Below the pieces are notes generated by a model. That model worked only from the letters and a program-made list of their open reading frames with translations. It ran no database searches and had not been told where the DNA came from. A stretch of DNA of 64,000 nt from a virus: IMG/VR virus record IMGVR_UViG_3300028287_000410, positions 43,763 to 107,762 of that record, one strand, 5' to 3'. Positions 57,501 through 64,000 of the stretch are shown here, one piece after another (position 1 is the stretch's first letter; each line of letters opens with the position of its first letter). The translations under genes were made by a program, and so were the position numbers.

Positions 57501-60469
57501 GCTGTTTCTTTAGCACTCTCACCAGTTGTTTTACGTTTGTAATATTTGTGATCATATGGATTCAATACAATATCACCTGCATTATAAGTTGCAGTATCGT
57601 TCATATCATATGTTGGGTACGCTACATCTGTGGAAACTTTTTCGATTACGATTGCAGAAAAACTTTCTGAACGATTAGGTTCACCTGCGTGTACAAATAA
57701 GTCGTAATTGTCACTAGGAATGTCGGTATAGAGACTATTAGATAAACTTGAATTCTCAGATAATAGTTTAAAGTTATTAACGAAACCACCTAGCTTTGAA
57801 CCTAATTTAAATTCATATTGTTCACGCTGTGCTGTGATAGCAGATGTACTAAACCCTTCACGTGCATGATAATATGAAATGATATTATCTACTTGTGTCG
57901 CATAGGTATCCAATACTTCAAACGGCTTAGTCAAAATCATTAGTAAGAATTCTACAAAAGCATATTCACTACTACGTCTCCATGCCATTTCAACAGGAGA
58001 TCCGTCTCCGAATTCCCAGTCTTGATCCATAGTTGAAATTTCTGCTGTTGTAATTGCGCCACCAAAAAACAAATCGTTCATAGTAGCAATTTGTCCGTAG
58101 CTATCTACTGGTACTGGCCAGTCTTTGTCGTATGCGGCTTTTAGATTTTCCCAAAAAGAAATCTGTGTATAATTAGTGCCATGTACATCAAAGTTATCTG
58201 GTTTCTGTGATAGACCAACTGTTACCCACGGTTCAACTACTGGGTTGTCTGTGCCATATACATATTGTAAAATGCCGCGCCAATGTCCAGGTGATTGCTC
58301 GTTGATAGAACGATAGTTCCATGTCTTCCAGTTGTCTGGGTCGAATGTATCATTATATAGATTATCGATATTATTTCTAATCATCCACTTCTTAAAGAAT
58401 GGATACTGTATATATTTTTTCTCTGCAATTGAATATTCAATTGTTGCATCACGGTATATACCGTAGTCGAAATACTTAATCGCATAGTCTGATGTAGAAG
58501 ATGCAATTCTATTATATACAAGAGTTTCGAATTCTAGTAGAATATCATCTGTTCTATCGCCCCACGCTGGTGTTACAGAACCATCATGACCTATAATCAT
58601 TTCAGTTGTCGGGATGTATTCGATGTCAGTTACACGTCTTGGAACATATAATGTATTGATATCCAACTTAGTTGAACTAGGCGGAATAAATGTTTCAGAG
58701 ATTTTTTCAAAATATCTTATCTGTATCTCATCATCTGCTTGCGCAGTATATTCAACAAATACAATTTCACTGCCTTGAAGTTCATAATCTGTGATATTCT
58801 TTTGTAGAACGCCATTAAGATATACAGAAAGTTTTTCTGCATCAATAACATCTGCAATCATATTATCTGGTATCGGCTGAAAACGGGACCCAACAACAAT
58901 ATCAATATCACCTAATGTATAGTGACTTAGTGCGTCACCAAAATTAATCATTGCAGTTCCGTCAAATACACTAATACTTGAACGCTTTGCTAGTGAGATT
59001 TCTTTAATCGCTTGTTCTAAAATTTCAGTAGTTGTTTTTGTATCACTGCTAGTATCTTCTAGTATATCTCTTATAACTGTTACTAATTTATTTTTATAAC
59101 TGTTATATGCCGATGACAAGAACTCAACAGACTTAACTGGATCATAGTCATCACGTGTTACTGCAAAGTATGCTTTCTTAATATCGATAGAATTGCGAAC
59201 TAACACACTGCCCAAATTATTGAAACGTGTCTTGTCTGTGTTATCACCTAGCTGTCTAAAGTTGTTTACGCCATTAGCTTCGCCAGTTAACCCATCAGTT
59301 GTTTCAATCAGTCTAATCATATGTTCGTAAACTGTTGAATATGTCATTTCTTTAAGGTTGTGATATTCATTATCTGTGTTATACTCAATCGATGGGTCAA
59401 CACGTTGCCACACAAAGTCACCATCTACTATAACATTGTCCGCTGTAGCATAATCAATATACACATAACCTTCAACTGCATTATCAAATTCAACTACATT
59501 GTCTGAATATGTGTAGTTACCAAGTTGTTTGATACCATCTACATATACATCAATATCATTTTCGTTTAATGCTGCTTGTGTAAGTTCTACTCGCTCTACA
59601 GATCCAGTGCCAACTTCATGTCTTAGATTTCTGTAATTAAACTCACATTCTACATACATAGGCTTAGAATAGTTTACACCAACTGGCAAGTCAATTCTAA
59701 AACTAAATTCACTGTTATAATCGCCTGCTTTTAATTTTGTATTAAGACCAAGTTCAATATCAAGTGGGTGTAAGTCGCTAGTAACATATTCGAAAATGCT
59801 ATAATTGTTTCCGTCGTCTGCTACAAATTGTGGTTTAACCCATACATCATCTGTTACACTATTTGCTAATTGAATGTTAGAACCGAATTCAATGATAGGT
59901 CGTTTTGCTTGTTCGATATATTGTTTATTCTCACTTGTGATAAACTCACGAATATCATCATAATGATACCATGCATTGTTATCACTCCACCAGTTACCAG
60001 TTGCTACTTTATCAATTGTAACATAGTGTTTATGGATACTATCTTGGGTTCCATCTGTAAAGAATCCAGGACTTACCCAATAATATAAACTCCAGTTTGC
60101 AAACTTGTCTGCATCAATCGGCAAATTCACTGTAAAAGATTTTGACTTAAACAATCTTCTGTGGTCGTTTGTCAGCATACCTTTATTAAACATTGCATTC
60201 AGCAAGTCATCATAGTACACGTTGTCATTTATCTTAGTATTTGAGAATACAGGTTCTAGTCCGTAATTGTCACGCTGAAACAAATGTTCAGGGAATGACA
60301 TGTAAACATCTTTGTCACTGTAAATACCTTTCTCTTTTCTGCCAAGGAATGCTTTTTCTTTTCGCATTGATCCTTTAGAGAACGCACGTTCTAGTGTAGC
60401 ATCGAAGATACTTTCTAGTTCACTGTTGCGTAAGTGTGCTGGGAGAAAGTTATATATTTTATTCGCCAT
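51596..60469 (-). CDS. Very large virion structural protein (2957 aa), probable baseplate wedge component
   Basis: Directly downstream of the gp6-like gene; C-terminal YVMETKPYHTKIR resembles the KPxHT motif of baseplate wedge partners; beta-rich repeats. Confidence 0.65.
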   Translation of the reverse strand: MANKIYNFLPAHLRNSELESIFDATLERAFSKGSMRKEKAFLGRKEKGIYSDKDVYMSFPEHLFQRDNYGLEPVFSNTKINDNVYYDDLLNAMFNKGMLTNDHRRLFKSKSFTVNLPIDADKFANWSLYYWVSPGFFTDGTQDSIHKHYVTIDKVATGNWWSDNNAWYHYDDIREFITSENKQYIEQAKRPIIEFGSNIQLANSVTDDVWVKPQFVADDGNNYSIFEYVTSDLHPLDIELGLNTKLKAGDYNSEFSFRIDLPVGVNYSKPMYVECEFNYRNLRHEVGTGSVERVELTQAALNENDIDVYVDGIKQLGNYTYSDNVVEFDNAVEGYVYIDYATADNVIVDGDFVWQRVDPSIEYNTDNEYHNLKEMTYSTVYEHMIRLIETTDGLTGEANGVNNFRQLGDNTDKTRFNNLGSVLVRNSIDIKKAYFAVTRDDYDPVKSVEFLSSAYNSYKNKLVTVIRDILEDTSSDTKTTTEILEQAIKEISLAKRSSISVFDGTAMINFGDALSHYTLGDIDIVVGSRFQPIPDNMIADVIDAEKLSVYLNGVLQKNITDYELQGSEIVFVEYTAQADDEIQIRYFEKISETFIPPSSTKLDINTLYVPRRVTDIEYIPTTEMIIGHDGSVTPAWGDRTDDILLEFETLVYNRIASSTSDYAIKYFDYGIYRDATIEYSIAEKKYIQYPFFKKWMIRNNIDNLYNDTFDPDNWKTWNYRSINEQSPGHWRGILQYVYGTDNPVVEPWVTVGLSQKPDNFDVHGTNYTQISFWENLKAAYDKDWPVPVDSYGQIATMNDLFFGGAITTAEISTMDQDWEFGDGSPVEMAWRRSSEYAFVEFLLMILTKPFEVLDTYATQVDNIISYYHAREGFSTSAITAQREQYEFKLGSKLGGFVNNFKLLSENSSLSNSLYTDIPSDNYDLFVHAGEPNRSESFSAIVIEKVSTDVAYPTYDMNDTATYNAGDIVLNPYDHKYYKRKTTGESAKETANSIKFDYSMWTLISQPKTREFGYRIHGYDDYNPMFFTLDWDKTSKKKVWSTDGDQANINVWSSGEYYRQDSYTVYNSKPYVSLVNHTASSLFDDDIKNWKLLPEWPRVNKVEANGYSETLLDQIKSYNYGDILNTRDEVAQLMVGYQSYLKAIGWDFTDVDEDNRVVDFERLLEKFLDWSAEVHQPGDFITLTPILLSGSFEAPYGVATVGRETNKNYYRVVDENGRQLPDTDIKFNSDGSKITWESTTPVYGIKLDVADIEQAFVVDRVDSYGDVIYDPFSHNRNLRMIVDCNRTTDWDGTLAADGYIVYENELVPNLETMVGETRYYRDTIVDQSLKNINNLKSNQIGYSPRTYLTNHGVERESQLEFYKGFLAGKSTVSSINKIINFNSNFEDLKHRDMWAIKIADYGKLDNNLSVSSTINTIDIVSDPHVVHFNTDNKIPTVEFGKRVAIKTSGYVDPSDVNYVVQDSDTLVTSTLPYYEGDLAWVRFDTERDWDVKRLSEVAEINFISETSDGQLKIALTNEVNTSETVYLKIINGNVDPEIQGNYYLVNDGTRMSNGVTVYEYLVFDQTYEPLIVEIDTTTDNSVYIPTSGSVGVEAIGYVSSPTILSGDTLVIDGEIFTYAPGTGSTSAGISIGGNTATADPIVSEGEQVRIVVYGDDGLIANTNTLVTFSGTNATATQNAVSEAGDKIDIDGETVTIDYSASQSIRVESTATTTTDIDTGKELDISSNGNNDTVTVRDIQVFGSISNPTITETKQIRINGVTVNFDVPATPADETETFSAIAAQTDFTITQQTLSPTTWSVASVTVDSVTTTDFTVVGQVVTINTPAMAGSESVEITLAHNAVVLDAQNIIDEINSSGAPVTAAINSFAFVVVTSSTAQLTMTGNALLDIGFGSSSIIESKLANIADDLNSLIYLDSYISGDVLIIETNEDELTLSGSAFNDLGFPSNTYETNSNPTASSIAQQINSLNIPNITASVVVGKLKISSNAASILIEENSSTPGSMLRLGFAQTSVEVDSIDSIITDLNTALSGLPGTIAQEFDRRVLITSDESSVVLSDITGNAWNDLGIAVGTYSNTNTLSSSAAEFKEQINDASDNVTVNISSDGRMIFTSENNTMTFSGTTQAILDKIGLSNEYTSVTSNADFKVMRWKSVRFTPRFNGDDFDEFYAELGLNDTSLIWADEYLNSGWAVLNRDEYGTLRILNRRATPINTDYVNRIVAKSGDEFYDYQLFDPINFKIAGSIAKDIDYVDWNDPAKYDVTLNNDLWLSQSLGKIWWDTNLTRYYRYDDYGDANGNIDIDYAKRFWGKIVPGSDVVVKQWVTSEKLPDGVSQFNTEIYFDSIKNKTVTKYYYWIATGDEARYTKEFSVEEISMMIASPTTVNKFFPVDGDTVIVSNNANILTSDTITYSIEYNIDNNRETHHTDWELVSRKSSAPLEDVFLQDLKNSIANNKISQYEQFEVSATDITPTGVVFAYDWIGDNSLTSDDIVITVNNTIVTNDDFVINVNDVRILASVDILEDDVVRVYHVSEYDSWFANITEARDNFASSILSTLSKRMIATDFPMYKDYIALNHGIFATNNWHYTEEYKTIETFEYLSRNRNIDMIALHKTGVSSFKVELSNDGDEYYFPVDGEIRLVHKANSVLDLDFSITELTANQISVQLHELMNMIYEYAEVSEIKSVFFDMIEYMYTERTHPEWIFKTSYIDLTMFNKPLRQYAIYQRDSYQDTIDYVMETKPYHTKIRKTERIYPTDETAALTVDALHHMHITKFFGEHSRFELNAIDGGDEEVADTSLFEPLVDGEYLGGKFLRNDIEYTYSADGFDTGEFSASARDASIVTVDTFTDGTRTTLNKKEFYVYDKFGRGYHIPVTDTGTISSFDGETLVVDQASKFKAAKSKTIRLVAVEDVNGNVEFMVYDSKSTNNLRISERGLYNGVATSVDNGNTIYVLGAPDQIYSHEDT

Positions 60470-60471
60470 TC

Positions 60472-63400
60472 TTATTCACCTGTTAATTCATTGTCTGCGA
60501 TTGATGAAATGATTTTTACATCTTTTGATGTTACTACGCTCAAGAAAATCTCATGCGGTTCACAATTAATACTTAGCAAGTTCTTGAAATCGTTTCCTGC
60601 ATACTTTGGAGTAATCACAACACTTGAAATATAATCTGAAAGTTCTTGGTGTAGATATGCTGCTAATTCTGAGAAGTAGAATTGATCCCCAAAATCCCAG
60701 TTATCTAAGTTAAAATATTCATTAACTTTTTTAGCAACTACACTTTTGATTTCACTATTAGTGTAAGCGGTACCGCGTTTAGCAATAACTTTGAATACTG
60801 CTTGATTTTCTGCATCTGCATACTCACCGAACAGCATCTTAAACTTAACTGGAATATAACTTACATGGTCTCCGATAGCTGCTTTATCTTCAATAGATTC
60901 CATAACCTTACGAAGTTCGAAGTTATTCGGAGATGATGGGATAACATCGCTGAACCCATTAGCAATCCATTCATTAATATTTCTAACATAATCTGCTGTA
61001 AGAACATACATATCGATAATGTTACTTGTACTTGGGTCAATGCGTTTATCTTTATCTGCATAATGATCCCAACGGAAACTCATGAACGTGTCCTCGACAT
61101 AGCTACGACCCATAACTACACGGTAATGAACACCGTTATAATCAATTTCAGTTCCATCTTCATTCACTAACCCATATTCAAAGCTAGTAGTCCATATACC
61201 TGAAATCTTACGCTTCCAAACATTTGTTTCTGGGTTGTACCAAATAATAGCTGTAGACGGAAGTGCTTCAGTGTCAGTTGCTGCAATCGCACGGCTTGAT
61301 ACTTTTTCGTAAACAACATCATCTTGTGTGTAATCTTCAAGTATAATGTAAGATGCGACTTCGCCATCGAACACATTAAGAATACCATGCGGATCCTTTT
61401 CTGAGTCCATATGTATCACTTTAACCTTCGAATAATCTGTATAGCCCGCATCGGTAATAAATTTATCATATACATAACTTTGTACATCTTTATATGATTG
61501 TACTTTTACATTAGTTCTATATGTAACATCAACTGCTGCTTCAACTTTAACTGTAAATATTGATAGGTCTGCGATGCCCACTCCTGCAATACTCACATCA
61601 AGTAGTGTGCCTTCACCAGGATCAAATGTCCAGAATGTAATTGTATATGTTGATGCATCTACTTCTAGATCCCAATGATCTCTAGAAACAAACGCGCCAT
61701 TTGGCATCTGAATTAATATGCCTTCTTCTGTTAAAACTGTAGTAGAATTAAAAACGATTTTACCATACGCTAACTGTTTCCACTTAACGTCATTATCATT
61801 TAAGTCAATGCCCCAACCATCATTTCTTGGGAATTCAAAATCATACATGTTACCGTTAACTGTAGTGAAATACTCAGTCTGTACCCCAATCATTGGATGT
61901 GATGCAGTGTCAATTGTTTCACCTTCTGGAAGCTCGTTTTGGTCTACCCAAATAAAGTTTGAACTGTCACTTGCGTCTGAGAAATATGATGAACTAGGAG
62001 TTCCTTTAAATCCAGTGTCAAGTAAATCTGCTGAACTCAATGTTACTGTAGAAGATGTTGATGCAACATTTGCGGCATCTGACGTTTCGACATTAACTGC
62101 TAGAGCAGGATAAACATACTCATCACTTTCTACAAAATCTACATCATTTTCTACTACACTAGATTCGCCCACAAACCCAGATGTATCTGCGATATCAAAT
62201 GAGATTACATATTGTGGATCTTCTCCGATGATTGGTACATCGCCATTTACATCTAATTCAGGAGTTACCTGATATTCAATACCCAGTGGAGATACCAAAT
62301 AATGCTGTGTACTTCTGTGTACAATTTGTCCTGGGTGCCCGTTGATAAATTCTAAAGTCTCATTTGCACCGGTGTATTGATATACCGCATCAAACGTTGC
62401 GCCGCTACCGTCTTGTACATAGTTAGTAATTGGTGCGTGTCCGATTGCAACTGTATCTGTTTGCACATTATCTACTGCAACTGAATCAGCTTGCACATCA
62501 TAGTAGTTAATTAGAAGCTGATCACGTTCTGCTAAATTAGTTTCATTGTCAACAACCATTTCATTATTGCCATAATAGAATTTAACTTGGTCGTTACTTT
62601 CAAAAACAATTCTTTTACCTGTGAAACTTACTGTGTATTCTGCTTCGTTATCTCTGATACCTGGATTATATGTCAGTTCTAAAAATACATCTGTGCCTGG
62701 AACAAGTGTTGTTGTTTCATCGTGAATTTCCCAACCCCACTTTACTCCATCAAATACATATTTGATAATAAATGATGACACCGAAAGGTCTTCAATCTTT
62801 TGAGATTTAATACTTGCAATTTCTGTATCTTCAAAACGTGTTCTATAACCTCTAACAATAGCTTCTATCTGACCAGATAGTTCTGGTATAATGTCTGTAA
62901 CTTCAAAGTTGTCAAAGTTTGATACTGGTGCGGTTGTACTATAATTCATACGTGTCCAATATTCTGTTCCACTATCTCCTACAAGTTTAACAAAGTCACC
63001 AGAACGTATACCATTAACCATAGTAGCACGAGGTACAATAACTTTAGGATCAGTAGGATCAATGTCAAATAATTCTGGTGCTAGAGTTAAATCAATAACC
63101 GCATCAGTGTTTGTTTTGTTTACAGAATAAAAAAGATTTACTAGACTTGGATGACGGATTGCTTTTGAAATTTCGTTTCTAATAAAATCGTTAGTGTTTC
63201 CATTTTGTCTATTAAAACGTAAGTTCATCGTAACTTCATCATCGTCCATATATACAGAACCGTCTGTGCCAGTAATACTAATATTAGAATGATGTCCTGT
63301 TACATCGTCCATTTCAAAGTAGCGTGAGTTACCTGCATATGTTGTGTTTACTGATTTTACTTTTGATACGATGTTTGAACCTAGTGATAGCGGAAGAACA

Positions 63401-63999
63401 TTATAGTCTTGCGCATTCACCATTCTGTCTTGCGCATAATAAGCACGTGGCGCAATACGTCTTACACTTGTATAAGACTCTGCCGCAAAGTTTTCTGAGA
63501 AATCACGTGTTGTTGATAACGTAAGAACTAATCTATAATTCTTTTTGTCAGCACCTGTATATGGAATAGAAATTGTTTTTTCTTTAACATCGTTTCTATC
63601 TACTCTGTAGTTTTCGTTATCTGTTGTTCGGTACCAAACACGATAGTTACCACTCGCAGCATTACCAAATACACCGTCGCCGTAATGCAATTCAATTGCA
63701 TTGTTATTAATTGTATTCACACTTACAATATCGCCATTGCCGTTACGTAGTGAATTATAAATTGCTGTTTCTCTTGTGTCGTTATCTACTTTTGTTACAC
63801 TGGATGAGTATGTATTAGTATTATCTACTTTCTGTACCCAAACATCAGAGTTTGAAATATTATTTGTTGCAACTGTCTCTATAAGATTTGAGATTTTTGT
63901 ACTGTATGAAAAGTTTTCAAACTGTAAAGTACCAGTCTTTGCATAAACAAAGAAGCCAGTTCTATCTGAAGCTGGACCTAAGTTATCGTTTCTGTTTAC
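60472..63999 (-). CDS. Baseplate wedge protein (T4 gp6-like / baseplate J-like), 5'-truncated by window edge
   Basis: Frame is open to the window end; YGDGVFG, ESYTSVRRIAPRAYYAQDRMVNAQDY and C-terminal WDFGDQFYFSEL motifs. Confidence 0.8.
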   Translation of the reverse strand, partial: VNRNDNLGPASDRTGFFVYAKTGTLQFENFSYSTKISNLIETVATNNISNSDVWVQKVDNTNTYSSSVTKVDNDTRETAIYNSLRNGNGDIVSVNTINNNAIELHYGDGVFGNAASGNYRVWYRTTDNENYRVDRNDVKEKTISIPYTGADKKNYRLVLTLSTTRDFSENFAAESYTSVRRIAPRAYYAQDRMVNAQDYNVLPLSLGSNIVSKVKSVNTTYAGNSRYFEMDDVTGHHSNISITGTDGSVYMDDDEVTMNLRFNRQNGNTNDFIRNEISKAIRHPSLVNLFYSVNKTNTDAVIDLTLAPELFDIDPTDPKVIVPRATMVNGIRSGDFVKLVGDSGTEYWTRMNYSTTAPVSNFDNFEVTDIIPELSGQIEAIVRGYRTRFEDTEIASIKSQKIEDLSVSSFIIKYVFDGVKWGWEIHDETTTLVPGTDVFLELTYNPGIRDNEAEYTVSFTGKRIVFESNDQVKFYYGNNEMVVDNETNLAERDQLLINYYDVQADSVAVDNVQTDTVAIGHAPITNYVQDGSGATFDAVYQYTGANETLEFINGHPGQIVHRSTQHYLVSPLGIEYQVTPELDVNGDVPIIGEDPQYVISFDIADTSGFVGESSVVENDVDFVESDEYVYPALAVNVETSDAANVASTSSTVTLSSADLLDTGFKGTPSSSYFSDASDSSNFIWVDQNELPEGETIDTASHPMIGVQTEYFTTVNGNMYDFEFPRNDGWGIDLNDNDVKWKQLAYGKIVFNSTTVLTEEGILIQMPNGAFVSRDHWDLEVDASTYTITFWTFDPGEGTLLDVSIAGVGIADLSIFTVKVEAAVDVTYRTNVKVQSYKDVQSYVYDKFITDAGYTDYSKVKVIHMDSEKDPHGILNVFDGEVASYIILEDYTQDDVVYEKVSSRAIAATDTEALPSTAIIWYNPETNVWKRKISGIWTTSFEYGLVNEDGTEIDYNGVHYRVVMGRSYVEDTFMSFRWDHYADKDKRIDPSTSNIIDMYVLTADYVRNINEWIANGFSDVIPSSPNNFELRKVMESIEDKAAIGDHVSYIPVKFKMLFGEYADAENQAVFKVIAKRGTAYTNSEIKSVVAKKVNEYFNLDNWDFGDQFYFSELAAYLHQELSDYISSVVITPKYAGNDFKNLLSINCEPHEIFLSVVTSKDVKIISSIADNELTGE

Positions 64000-64000
64000 A

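Noticed and set aside
1-64000. tRNA/rRNA genes, integrase/transposase, introns/inteins, stop-codon recoding
   Set aside because: None recognisable by eye. Intergenic gaps are very short and standard-code ORFs tile the window almost completely.

Overview
AT-rich, densely packed, translationally coupled segment that looks like a jumbo myophage genome with T4-superfamily traits. It has a partial thyA at the left edge and tail-fibre/baseplate genes at the right edge, including a 2957-aa structural protein and a gp6-like wedge protein. The ~48 kb in between is a very large biosynthetic/tailoring locus. It holds 15 radical SAM enzymes (10 with an N-terminal Cys-rich twitch/SPASM-like domain), at least 5 GT-A-like glycosyltransferases (one a 1219-aa protein of ~10 tandem GT-like repeats), 6 SGNH-like hydrolases/acyltransferases, 3 Asp/Asn-hydroxylase-like 2OG-Fe(II) oxygenases, a NodU/CmcH carbamoyltransferase, a QueC-like PP-loop ATPase, 2 methyltransferase-like proteins and an inverted rSAM-ACP-hydrolase cassette. 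My best inference is a phage-encoded glycan synthesis and hyper-tailoring system for virion (tail fibre/capsid) decoration, with DNA or host-surface modification as alternatives. A plus-strand island (26.6-31.8 kb) carries sigma70-type promoters with a fixed-position GANTC site; two of these are identical 42-bp copies. All family assignments come from motif reading only; no database searches were run.
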